From: Scenedesmus sp. PABB004
Lineage: Eukaryota
Reading direction: 5' to 3'
DNA length: 20,000 nt
Assembly: GCA_014905635.1 (NCBI GenBank)
Contig: JABVCE010000013.1
Span: forward strand, 1,162,093 to 1,182,092
Shown piece after piece: positions 1-11,100 of the stretch. A model generated the notes under the pieces. It was not told where the DNA came from. It was given only the letters and a program-made list of their open reading frames with translations, and searched no databases. The position numbers were made by a program, and so were the translations under genes. The stretch's first letter is position 1. Each line of letters starts with the position of its first letter.

Positions 1-135
1 CGCGACGCCGAAGTTGCCGGACCCGATGTCGCGTATCTGCGGCGGGGGGGCGCGCTTGCTGCTCGCTGCCATCTGCTCCCCGCCCCCGCGCGCCAGGGCC
101 ACGCGCCGCGCGCTCACAAACTCGTATCGCTCCAT
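1..135 (-). CDS. SNRK2: SnRK2-family Ser/Thr kinase, 5' end only (exons 135-118 and 36-<1; continues off the window)
   Basis: The minus strand reads ATG GAG CGA TAC GAG TTT|GTGAGC...GCAG|ATA CGC GAC ATC GGG TCC GGC AAC TTC GGC GTC GCG = MERYEF/IRDIGSGNFGVA, joined by an in-frame GT-AG intron (117-37). This matches the characteristic SnRK2 N-terminus (M[DE]RYE.[VI][KR]DIGSGNFGVA). Not recovered by the ORF track. Confidence 0.85.
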   Translation of the reverse strand, partial: MERYEFVSARRVALARGGGEQMAASSKRAPPPQIRDIGSGNFGVA

Positions 136-902
136 CTTTGTGTCGGCCGCGTCCAGGCACCCCCAGACGCGGCCCAGCCGCTGATCGCGGGGTGGGAGCC
201 GAGCGCTGCCCTGCTCGGCCGCGAGCGCCCGGAGCTGTGGGTGTCGGGCGGGGCTGCTTGGACCTGGCGCCGCGTGGAGGGACTCTGGGGGCGGCGACAG
301 CCGGCGGCGGCAGGCGGGCGCCCCGGCGCGGCGGCGCAGCGGCGAGGGGCTCTGCGCGCCGCGCGGTCACAAGGGCGCGGCGTGCGCTTCCGTGCCCCTC
401 TCTTGAATGACTCTCTTGCCGCGAGAGTTCTCGCTCGCGGCCGCACGCTCTCGACCCGGCCGTCAGGCAGCAGCCAGCAGGCGCCGCACGGGTGGCGCGC
501 CGCGCGCCGCACGTGGCCACGCCGCGCCTCGCTACGAGCAGCGGGCCACAGGCCGGCCCCTCTGCACACAAGAGTGTCCCCTCTGCGCACACCGACCCTC
601 AAAATGGCGGGCCCGTTGATTGATGCGTCGGCGACGCGCGGCGGCGGCTGGTGCCGCGCGGCGGTGTCGCCGGCCCCCGCTCAGGTCGGAGCCACTCCTC
701 TGCTGTTGGCAGACCAACGAAACAACGAACGAACGAACGGCGCGGCAGCCTGCAGCCCGCGCACACCGTGGCCAGGGAGCGTCCCGCCCGCCCCGAAAAC
801 GGCCCCACCCCTCCGGCGCCGCGCCGCGCCGTGGCCGCAGCGCGCGCGGGCGCGCGCGCGCATGCCAACCTGCCGTCGCGCGGCGGCACGCGGCGGCGCT
901 GC

Positions 903-2095
903 TCACGACACGAGCACCTTGTCGGCCCAGCTCAGCATCATCTGGCGCCCGATGCTGGGCAGGTCGGACACGACCTGCTGCACGAGCCGCCCCGGGCTCA
1001 CGTCGGCCTGCAGCAGGCCCAGCACCTGCCGCACCTCCTCCACGTGTAGCTGGTTGTCCTCCGTCAGCGCCAGGATGGCCTGTGCGCGGCGCACGCACGC
1101 GGGCGGGGTGAGCGGCGCACGCGGGGGTGAGCGGCGCACGCGGGCGCGGGTGAGCGGCGCGGCGCAGCACACAGCTCGCGCGGCCCGCGCAGGCGCGCGC
1201 AGGCGCGCCGGGGCCCCACCCACCTGGCGCCGGAGCTTCTCGTCCACCATGAGCAGCCGCGCCGCATCGCGGACGGTATCGCTGAGGTCGAGCCCCCGCG
1301 CGCCGCTGCCGGCGCCGGTGCCGGCGCCGGCGGGGCTGCCCGGCCGGCTCGGCGGCGCCGCGCCGGGCATCGCCATCGCGCCGCCGCTGCCCTCGCGCGC
1401 GAGCGTGATGAGGTTGGTCAGCCGCGCCCACTGGAACTTGCCGCCCTGAAAGAGCACCTGGATCAGGCGCTCGCGCAGCGCGGGGTCCTCGTCCGTCAGC
1501 AGGCGCCTGCGGCGACGGCGGCGGCGCGAGCGCGCGCGCGGGCGGCGGCGGCGTGAGCGCGCGCGGCGCGCGCCGGCGCGCGCGACGCGCGCGCGCGCGA
1601 CGCGCGCGTGGGCCCCACGCGCCGCGCGCGTGGGCCAGCGCCGCGGCGGCGGCGGCGGCGGGCGGCGGGCGGCGGGCGGGCGCACCGCGCGACGTAGGGG
1701 TAGGCGACCTCGAGGAAGTGGAACTGCGGCTTGAGCGTCATGCAGATCCCCTCCTGCGTCAGCAGGCTGCGGATGACGAGGCTGTAGCGCTCCGGGATGC
1801 TGCGGCGGGACGCAGGCGGCGCGGCGGGTGAGGCGCGGGCGGCCGCGGGCGGCGGCGCGCGCGGTGCCCGACCAGGGGGCGGGCGAGCGCGGCGCGGCGG
1901 CGGCGGCGCGGCGCGGCGCGGTGAGCGGTGCAGCGCGCGCACCGGATGGGGTACTGGTACACGAGCTCGTTGAACTTGCTGGTCACGGTGCGGAAGTTGA
2001 AGTCGGCGAGGCTCTGGCCCTTGGAGTCGCGCCAGATGTTCTCCAGCGCCGGCACGATCGGGCTGATGTCGGTGCCTGGAGGAGGGCCGCGGCGC

Positions 2096-2135
<40 letters not shown>

Positions 2136-4666
2136 GCGTGCGTGAGCAGGGGCGCGAGTGCGGCGCGGCGCCGACCCCCGCGCCGAGCCGCCGCGCAGCG
2201 TGGGCGCCGGCCTGCGCGCACCCGCTGAGAGGAAGCCGAGCTTGATGAAGTCGCCTGCCATCTCATCATAGTCCTCGTTCACCGCGTGCACCACGGCGTC
2301 GATCAGCACCTGGCGGGCACAACGAGGGGCAGCCGCGGGCGGGCGCGGGCCGCGCGTCAGCGTCAGCGTCAGCGGCGCCGCGCGCGGCGGGGCGGCGGCG
2401 CGGCGCCGGCCGGTGCGCGCGCCTGCTTGTTGGAGTTGCTGAGCTGCGCGACGTTGCCAAAGTCGACGTACGCGATGCGGCCGTCGGCGAGGCAGAAGAT
2501 GTTGCCCGGGTGGGGGTCGCCGTGGAAGAGGCCGAACTCCAGCAGCTGCCGCAGCCCGCTCACCACGCCCACGCTGCGCGCGCGTGCCGGGCGGGGGCGC
2601 GCCGCGTCAGCCCGCCGCCGCCACCGTTGCAGCGGCCGCGGCCGCCGCCGCCGCGCCCGGGCCTGCTGCGCCGCGCCGCCGCCGCGCCCGGGCGTGCGTC
2701 GCCGCGGCCGCACCGGATGAACTCGTCCACGTCCACGCCGCTGCTGCGGATGCCGGCGATGTCGGTGCAGCGCGTGCCCTCGATCCACTCCATGACGACC
2801 ACCTTGCTCCCGCACAGGTCGCGGCGCACCCAGGGGATCTTGACCGACGCGTCGCCCGCAAAGTTGCGCCCAAACTCCTCGATGTTGCGCGCCTCCTGCG
2901 CGGCGGCGCGGCGGGCTGGGCGCGCGCCGCGCTGCCGCGAGTGCGCCGAGCGGGGCGCCGCAGCCGCCGCCGCCGCCGCGCATGCGCGTGCGCGTGGGCG
3001 CTGCCGCGCCGCGCGCCTGCATGTAGTCGAGCTCCTCCAGCAGCTTCTGCCCAAACTCGTCCACCACGAGCTCCGCGTTGCAGCCGAGGCGGGCGCGGGA
3101 GAGCGCGTTGAAGAGGCTGCCGAGGCCCCGGAACACAAACAAGTCCCGCAGGATGATCGGCTCGATGCCCGGGCGCTGCACCTTGACCGCGACCTCCTGC
3201 CCGCCGTCGCGCAGCACCGCCTTGTACACCTGAGGGCGCGTGAGGGCGTGGCGGCAGGCGCGCGCGCGGTCAGCGCGGCGGCGGCGGCGGCGGCGAGGCG
3301 GGCGCGGCGCGGCCCGCGCGCGCGGCGGCGGCCGACGCCGCGCGGCGCGCGCCTGGCCGAGCGACGCCGCGGCGACGGGCTGCTCGCTGATGCTGCTGAA
3401 CACCGCCTCGAGCGGCCGGCCGAGCTGCTCTGCGATGATCGCAAACGCCTCCTCGTCAGGGAACGGCGGCACGTCGTCCTGCGCGGCACGCGCGACGCGG
3501 CGAGGGTTGGCGGCGCGCGCGGCACGGCGCTGCGTGGGTGCGCGTGCGCGCACGGGCCCCGGTCGCCCGCCTCTCCCGCCCCCTGTCCGCCCTCCTGCTG
3601 CTCGCCCGCCCTCGTGCAGGCCCTCCTCCCGCGCGCCTGCAGGATGCAGAGCTCATTCATGTAATCCTCGCGCACAATGTCCGGGCGGTTGGCCAGCACC
3701 TGCGCGCGCGCGTTGCACGGTCAAACGCCGCCACCGCCGCCGCAGCCGGCGCGCCGCCGCGGGCTGCGCCGCCGCCCCACGCTGCGCCCGCGCCCGAGCC
3801 TTGGGCCCGCCGCGCCGCGCCGCGCCTGGCCGGCCTTGATGAAGCTCGGGCCGAGCTCGGTGAGCGTCTCGCGCAGCTGCTGCGCGCGGCGGCGCACGAT
3901 CTCGGGGCTGTCCTCGCTGCCGGTGAGGCGGTCAAACGCGAGGCAGGCAAAGTAGCTGCCCAGCGCGGTGACGATGTGACCCACGCGCGCCTGCGCGGCG
4001 GCGCGGGTGCGACGCGGCGGCGCGCGCGCGCGCGCCCGTGAGGCGCTGCAAGGGCGAGCCCCGCGGCCGCGCGCCCCTGCCCGGGGCCTCTGATGCGCGC
4101 GCGCGCATGGCGCTCACCGCGACCGCAAACGCGTCGCCCGGGGAGCGCAGCGCGCGGCTGCGCACGTACTCCGGGCTGTACTTGGAGATGAGGTTGCACA
4201 TCTGCTTCTCGTCCTCCAGCAGCTCCAGGCTGCCGCGCCGCTGCTCCTGCGGCTGCCGGCTGCGGCGGCGGCCGCGCGGGCGCGCGGGCGCGTGAGCGCC
4301 AGGCTGCGCCGCCGCTCGGGCAGCGCCGGCGCTCGGCGCCGGCGCTCGGCGCCGCTGCTGCCGGGCGCGCGTGGCGAACCCCCGGGCACGACGGCGGGGC
4401 GCGGCGCGGGCCCCCCTCGCGGCGCGGCCGCGCGCTGTGGCGCGGGGGCCACCACCACAATCGTGCGCCGCGCCTGCGCCGCGCGCCCGCCAGAGAGCGC
4501 GGCCCAGCGGCGCGTCCCCCGCAGCTCAGAGCGCCCGCCCGCACCTGGGCTTCAGCGGGCGCGCCGTGGCGGGCAGGGGCGTGCGCGCGAGCGCGGAGGC
4601 CGCGGCCGCGCGGGCCACCGGCGCCCGCCGGCCGGCGGGGCGGGGCCGCAGCGCGCCCGGCTGCAT
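903..4666 (-). CDS. ABC1K1: Plastoglobule ABC1/UbiB atypical kinase, ABC1K1/PGR6 orthologue; 13 exons: 4666-4545, 4259-4118, 3990-3826, 3699-3637, 3478-3353, 3229-3017, 2895-2714, 2573-2423, 2309-2222, 2075-1943, 1799-1686, 1506-1224, 1079-903
   Basis: The spliced product contains [87 protein letters not shown] and LALTEDNQLHVEE, closely matching plant ABC1K1 as I recall it. All splice phases are consistent. The Arg/Ala/Pro-rich N-terminus looks like a transit peptide. The exon 1/2 boundaries are the least certain. Confidence 0.93.
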
Positions 4667-5562
4667 GGTGGAGGCCGCCCTGGCCGGCAGCGCGGTGAGG
4701 ATTGGCGGGGCCAGGCGGCGGGGCGCGTGGGGCGGGCGTGTGGGCCGTCTCCTGCCTCCTGGTGCGCGGAAGAGAGTGGCGGGACGGGAGGGGCGGACGC
4801 GCCCTGGCCGCGCGGCGGCGGCGGCGGGCGGCGGGCGGCGGGGCGCAGCGCCGCAGCGGCGCGCGTGACGACCGACCATCGTTCCGCTCGTGGCCGCGGG
4901 CGCGCTCCCAGAGAGGCGAGCTCGCCTGTGAGGGCCGCCGCTGCCACCGCTCACGATCGCTGCGGGCGCCGTGCGCGGCGGGGCGGCCGCGCGGCCGCAG
5001 AACCTTGGTCCACTCGCCGCCCCCCACCGGCCGCCGCACCAGTCAGCAGCCCCCCCGCGGCGAGACAGCCACAGTGGGGAGCAGGCGCTAGCGGCGGCAG
5101 CCCCCCGATCCAGGCGGCAGCAGCTCCTGCACACTTTGCAGCAGCAGCAGCAGCCCCCACTTGCCCCCGATCGCTCCCGCCTTTCCCGCGCGGTGGGCCC
5201 ATTGCCCTCGCGCACGCCCCAGGTGCGCCGCGCTCGCGCGCGCGCCCGGGCCTCCCCCGCTGCTGCGCTCGCTCGGGCGCCCGCGGCGCTGCCTGGGCGC
5301 GCGGTTGGGGTGTCGCGCCGCGGTGTTGTCGCGGACGGGCGCACCGCTGCTAGTACGCGCGCGCCGTGGGCGCCGGGGGGGCGCCCTCCCATCGCCGCCC
5401 GCTGCTGCCGCGCTGCGCAGGCCCGCCCAGGCTCCGTGAGCGCGCGCGTCGCCGCCTAGGTCCGCGGCCCACACCGCCAGCCGGCGCGCGCGGCGCGGCT
5501 CGCGGCGGACGCGGCGCGCGCGCGCGACGGCGGCGGCGGCGGGAGCAGGAGCGGCGCGCGCG

Positions 5563-5947
5563 ATGCTCGACCTCCTCGCCGCCGCCGACGGCGGCGCGGC
5601 GGCGGAGGACCTGCTGGCGGGGGCGTCCGGGGAGGGCATGGACATGCTCGGCTACACCCCCTACCTCGGCCTGGAGCACAGCGGGCTGCACAGCCCGGGC
5701 CGCGACGACGACGGCGGCGGCAGCAGCGACGCGGGCGGCGCGTTCTTCCCCGCCGCGAGCGGCGGCGGCGCCAGCAGCGCGGGCGGCGGGCTGCCGCACA
5801 GCGTGAGCATGACGCGGCTCGTGCCGATGCCCGCCGCGGCGGCGGCGCCGGCGCGCAGCGGCAGCGCCGGCCACGCGCTGCCCACGAGCAGCCGCGCGGC
5901 GGCCGCGCCGGCGGGCGCGCACAGCGCGAGCCTGCCGGGCTCGCCGC

Positions 5948-5984
<37 letters not shown>

Positions 5985-8749
5985 GCCGTCGGTGGGCTCG
6001 AGCCCGCGCGCCAGCCGCGCGCCGCCGTGCGCGACGCCGAGCGACACGCCCGGCGGCGGCGGCGGCGCGCGCTCATCGGCCGCGCCGGGGGACGGCGAGG
6101 CGACGCCCGAGCCGGAGCGCCTGCCCGCCACGGCGCCCGGCAGCAAGGCCAACAGCGGCACGAGCGACCTGGTGATGGGCGCGGGGCCCCTGCAGGCCGG
6201 CAGCAGCGGCGGCAAGCTGCTGAGCCAGCTGGCGGCGTCTGCCGCGCCGCCCGCCGGCGCGGCGGTGCGCGCCGAGGCGCCGCAGGCGGGCGCCGGCGGC
6301 GCGGGTGGCAGCGCCGCCGCGCCGCCGCGCGCGGCGGCCAGGCGCGGCGCGAGCGCGAGCGCGAGCGCCAGCCCCAGCCCGGCGGGCAAGGGCGGCGCGG
6401 GTGCGGGCGGCAAGGGCCTGCCGGCGGGGCGCAGCGCCGTGTTCCCGTCGGGCGCCGAGCTGCTGGGCGCGCCGGGCGGGGAGCAGGGCGACGCAGTGCT
6501 CCTGCTCAGCAGCGCGGCGCCGTCGGAGGGCGCCAAGCCCCCGAGCCGCAGCAGGCGGCGGGCACGGCGGCGGCGGCGCTCGCGGCGGCGCTCGCGGCCG
6601 CGGTGCAAGGCGGCGGCGGCGGCGGCGGCTGGCGTCCGAAGCAGCACCAGCAGCAGCACGTGCTCGACATGCTCTATGACACGCTGCTGCCCGGCAGCGG
6701 CGGCGGCGGCGCGCGCGCGGCGAGCAAGCCGCCCAAGCCCGCGCCACGCAGCGGCGGCGGCGGCGGCGGCGGCGCGCTGGAGCCCGCGTGGAGCGACGGC
6801 ATGGACTGGGCGTTGGAGCCGTCGCCCAGCGGCAGCGGCCCCGCCGCGCGGGGCAGCTTTGTGGGGGGCAGCTTTGTGGGGGGCAGCCGTGCGGCGAGCA
6901 CCGACGGCAGGCCCAGCGCCGACAAGCACCCCAAGCGGCAGGCAGACGCGGACGAGCCCAAGCGCAGCCAGCGCAAGCGCGTGCGTGGCCGCGCCGCGCC
7001 GCGCCGCGCGCTGCCGCGCCTTGCCGCGCGCTGCCGTGCCGTCTTGCCGCGCGCCGCCGACGCCGCGCGTGGGCCGCCACCGGTGCCGCCGCAGGTGCGC
7101 ACCGCCAAGGTGGTTGAGGCCGAGGAGGAGGAGGAGGAGCTCCTGGAGGCGTGCGGCCTGGCGCGGCGCCGCCCCTCCACCGCGGTGCAGGACCAGCAGC
7201 TGCTGCTGCGGCAGCAGCACGCGGCGCTCACCTACGGCGGCCTCAGCGGGCTGGGCCTGAGCCTGGGCATGGGCGCGGCGGGCCTGGGCGCGACGGTGCC
7301 GCTCGCGCCGTTTGCGGCCCGCCCGCCGCCAGGGCGCGCGGCGGAGCGCGGCGGCGGCAGCGGCGGCGGCGGCGGAAGCACGAGCGTGCTGGCGCAGCTG
7401 CAGGCGGCGGCAGAGGAGATGCTGAACAGCAGCACCTTCCTCGGCAGCGGTGGCGGCGCCCCTGGGGGCGGGCTGCTGGGCAGCCTGGGAATGCTGGCAG
7501 AGCTGCCGGGCGGCGGCGACGACTTCATGCCTGGCAGTGCCCCGGCGAGCGCACGCCCCCGGCGGGTGGCGGCGCCGGCGGCTCGGCGCGCGGCGCCGCG
7601 CCGGAGCGCGGCGGGAGCGCGGGCCCGGGCGCGGTCAGCGGGGGCGCCTCGGCGGCGGGCAGCCTCGCGCTCGCCGCCGCGGGCGCCGACGACGCCGGCG
7701 ACGGAGAGCTGCTGGAGGACGCGCAGGGCGGGCAGCGCCCGCGCAGCGCTGCCGTCAAGCCGTCCACGTCGGCCACAGCCGGCTGGCCCGGCCCCGACGC
7801 GCCGCCCGCCGACGGCGTCGCGGCGCTCGCGGCGGCGGCCGCCGCGGCTGCGGCGTCGGGCCAGGCGCTGGCGGCCGCGGCCGCTGCCGCTGCGGCGGGC
7901 CTCTCCACCAGCTGGGCGGCCGATGGCGCCGGCGGCGGCGGTGGCGCAGCCGGCGGTGGCGGCGGCGACGAGCAGGGCTTTCAGTTCCTGGGCGACGCAG
8001 TGGCGGCGGCGGCCGCCGCCGCCGCCGCCAGCGGCGCGGGCCTGCCACCGACGCCGGGCGCGGCGCGGCCGCGCGGGCCGTCGCCGGCCGTCGCTGCCAA
8101 GAAGAAGCGGCGCTCGGGCGCGCGCAAGTCTGGGTCGCGCGGGCGCTGCGGCGACCCCGACACGAGCGCCGCGCTCGCGGCGCTTACGCAGCTCGCGAGC
8201 GGCGACGGCGTGGCGCGCTTCGTCGGCGACCACGCGCGGCACTCGGACGCCGCGGCCGCGGCGGGCGGCGCGGCCGCGGACGGCGGCGGCGGCGCCGCGC
8301 CCGAGCCGCGCGTCGTGCAGGGCGGCCGCGGCGGCGAGGACGAGGGCACGCGCGCCGCGCGCGGCCCCGCCGCCGCGTCGCGCTACATCGGCGTGACGTG
8401 GCGCGAGCGCATCCAGCGCTGGGAGGTCTACGTCTGGGCGAGCAGCAGCAAGCGCAGCCACTACATCGGCGCCTTTCCCACCGCGATCAGCGCGGCGCGC
8501 GCGTACGACGTCGCGGTGCTCTGGCTCGTCGGCCAGGACGCGCGGCCGCGCACGCGGCTCAACTTCCCGCTGACAGACTACAACCTCGACGAAATCCAGG
8601 CCGAGGCGAGCGCGGTCGCGGCGATGCGCGCGCTGGGCAGCCAGATGAGCGCGAGCCAGCGCGGCGCGGCGGCCGCCGCCGCCGCGCAGGCGGCCGCAAA
8701 GCAGGCCGCCGCCGCGCCGGCCGGCGACGGGGGCGGCGGCGGCGCCGGC

Positions 8750-8780
<31 letters not shown>

Positions 8781-9438
8781 GGCGCGGCCGGCGTCGCGGT
8801 CGGGCGCGCGGCGCCCGGCCGGCGCGGTCGCCGTGGCCGCGGCGGCGGCCGCCGCGGCGGCCGCCGCGGACGACGCGGCGGCGGCGGCGGTGGAGTCGGA
8901 GGTCGCGGCGTTCCTCGCCGCGACCGCGACGGCCAAGGAGGGCGCCGCCGCGGCGGCGGCGGCCGCGTGCGGCGACGCGAGTGGCGGCGAGGGCGAGGAC
9001 GAGGACGACGCGCACCGCGGCATGCTGGACGCGCTCGAGCGCCTCGGTGAGGCCGCGCAGGCCGCGCGCGGCGACGCGGGGGTCAGCGCCAGCGGGAGCG
9101 GCGAGTACGGCGAGGAGTGCGACGACGACCTGCTGCTCCCGGGCGGCGCCGCGGGCACCGCGCTCGCCGAGGCGGCGGGCGGGCTCATGCACATGCACCG
9201 CAGCGCGAGCCAGCGCGCGCTCGCGCCGCGCGGCACGCCCGGCCCCGGGCCGAGCCCGAGCCCGGGCCCGGCCCCAGGCTCCGGCGGCGGCCCCGGCGGT
9301 GGCGGCGGCGGCGGCGAGGTGGTGCTGGACGACGCGTACCTCTCGCGGCAAGCCGCCGAGCTCGACGCGGCGGCGGCGGAGCTCGCGGCGGCCGCGGCGG
9401 CGCTCGGCTGCGAGGGCGCGCTCGGCGGCGACGAGTAG
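5563..9438 (+). CDS. Large low-complexity AP2/ERF-domain transcription factor (one AP2 domain at ~8378-8580); intron 6981-7094; three apparent -1 frame breaks (~6540, ~7558, ~8750)
   Basis: SRYIGVTWRERIQRWEVYVW...HYIGAFPTAISAARAYDVAVLWLVG...RLNFPLTDY has the AP2 YRG and RAYD elements. Protein-like Gly/Ala/acidic segments run successively through ORFs 5563, 6027, 7151 and 7450, ending at TAG 9436-9438. An NLS-like KKKRR precedes the domain. Confidence 0.8.
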
Positions 9439-9771
9439 GGCGCGGGGCGGCGGCGGCGGCCGCGGCGCGTGTGCAGGTGTGCAGAGCGGGGGGAGGATGC
9501 GGTTAGCTGCAGGGCGGGCGGCGCGCGTGATCTTTTGTTGTGTTTCCCGGCGCGGAGCGATTCGTCTCGGTCGTCGTCGTCGTGTGAGGGCCTGCCTGCC
9601 TGTCTGTCTCTGCGCGCAGTTGCGTGACGCATGTTTGGGCTTTGCAACACAGCCCCAGCCCCGCCGCCGGCAATGCGTCGCGACGTCAGGGACTGCACCC
9701 CCGCCCGCCCCGCGCCGCCGCCACGCGGCGCTGTGCACAGCGCCGCGCTCGGCACGTGCCGCGCGGCGCGC

Positions 9772-10593
9772 TCAGCACTCGCGTACGACGTACGCCGCGC
9801 CGCCGCCCGGCGCGGACGCGTAGTCGTGCGTGTTGTGGTCGGTCACGTTGGTGTCTGACAGCTCCAGGTTGTAAAAGTCCATCGCGTCCGCGCCGTCAAA
9901 GAGCGGGCCCGCGTGCCACGTGCCGGCCGCAAACTTGAGGAAGGCGCCGTGCGGCACCTTGAACGCGGCGAGGTCGGCGCTGCGCGGCGCCGCGGCGACG
10001 CTGCCGCTCGGGCGGGCGACGACGATGTACCACGGCGCCGGCGGGGAGAGGCCGCCGAGGCACTGCGTGACGCGCGCGTGGTACGTGATGCGCGTGAAGC
10101 GCAGCCCCCGGCGCGGCAGGCGCATGATGTAGAAGCGCGGCGTGCCCGCGCCGAGCTCCAGCTGCGCGTCGGCGGCGTCAAAGGGCTTGCCGTCGTCGGT
10201 GGGGCCGATCAGCTGCGGCGGCGGCGGCCGATGCGGCGGCGCTCGGCAGCAGCGGAACGCAGCGGCGGGCGCCCAGCCGCAGGCGCCGCCCGGCCGCTGC
10301 CGCGGCGGCGGTGAGAAGCTACTGAGCGCCGTTCCAGCGTGCGGCGCTGCCTGCCCGGCAGCCAGGCGCGCCCGTTGGGGCGCGGGGGCCTGTGCAGCGC
10401 CGCCGCACCTGACCAAACGGCGCGAAGCTCTCCGGCGTCGCGAGCTGCGCCTGCAGCTCGATGACCTGCTGTCCCGCCTGCTTCGCCGCCACCGCCACGG
10501 CCACGCCGCGGGGCCGCTGCTGCTGCCGCGCGCGCGGGCGGCGGCGGGCGAGGCGGCCGCCCGCGCCCGCGCGCAGCTGCTCAGTGTGTTCAT
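9772..10593 (-). CDS. Ureidoglycolate lyase/hydrolase (AllA-like cupin) family protein; exons 10593-10409 and 10212-9772; one apparent -1 break at ~10510-10513
   Basis: The spliced product has LATPESFAPFGQ|LIG, GTPRFYIM, RITYHARVTQCLG, GTWHAGPLF and FYNLELSDTNVTDH, motifs typical of plant/cyanobacterial ureidoglycolate-hydrolase-like proteins. GT-AG intron at 10408-10213. Confidence 0.82.
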   Translation of the reverse strand: MNTLSSCARARAAASPAAARARGSSSGPAAWPWRWRRSRRDSRSSSCRRSSRRRRASRRLVRCGGAAQAPAPQRARLAAGQAAPHAGTALSSFSPPPRQRPGGACGWAPAAAFRCCRAPPHRPPPPQLIGPTDDGKPFDAADAQLELGAGTPRFYIMRLPRRGLRFTRITYHARVTQCLGGLSPPAPWYIVVARPSGSVAAAPRSADLAAFKVPHGAFLKFAAGTWHAGPLFDGADAMDFYNLELSDTNVTDHNTHDYASAPGGGAAYVVREC

Positions 10594-11100
10594 GGGTCGC
10601 GGCGGCGGAGCGGTTGCAGCATGCCTGCGGCGTCGCGGGAGGACTGGGGCGCACTGGTCCGCGGCGGCGAGCTAACGCTGCCTGGCCCGGCCTCGCGCGG
10701 CGGCGGTGCAAGGCGCTGTGCCCCGGCAAAGCAGCGCTGCGTCAGTGATTGCCACACGTCGTTCGCAGGGTCCGTCGACCAGGCCGCCCCAGGGCCGCCC
10801 CAGCGCACAGGCGCGGCTGCGCCGCCAAAAGGGACTGCGCGGCGCGCACAACAGATGAGCAGCCCTCGTGCCATCCTGCTGCGCGCGCACATCCCGGTGC
10901 CGCCGCTCCTGCGTCGGGTTCAAGTGCCGCGAGCGCGTCGCGGCGCTGCCATAGCGTTCCCCCCTGCTGCCGCGGTTGGGTTCCGAAGCCACGCGCCCCG
11001 CCGGCGCGCGCGGCGGGCCGCCCCGGCGCGGCGCCCCGCGCCGCCGGCTGCGGGCGTGCGCGGGGCCGCCGCCGGCACACGGCGCCGCCGCGCGCCTCAC

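Noticed and set aside
2095..2135. (GCG)n, (GC)n and (CAG)n microsatellites here and throughout (e.g. 14745-14780, 19296-19322)
   Set aside because: Ordinary low-complexity tracts for such a GC-rich genome.
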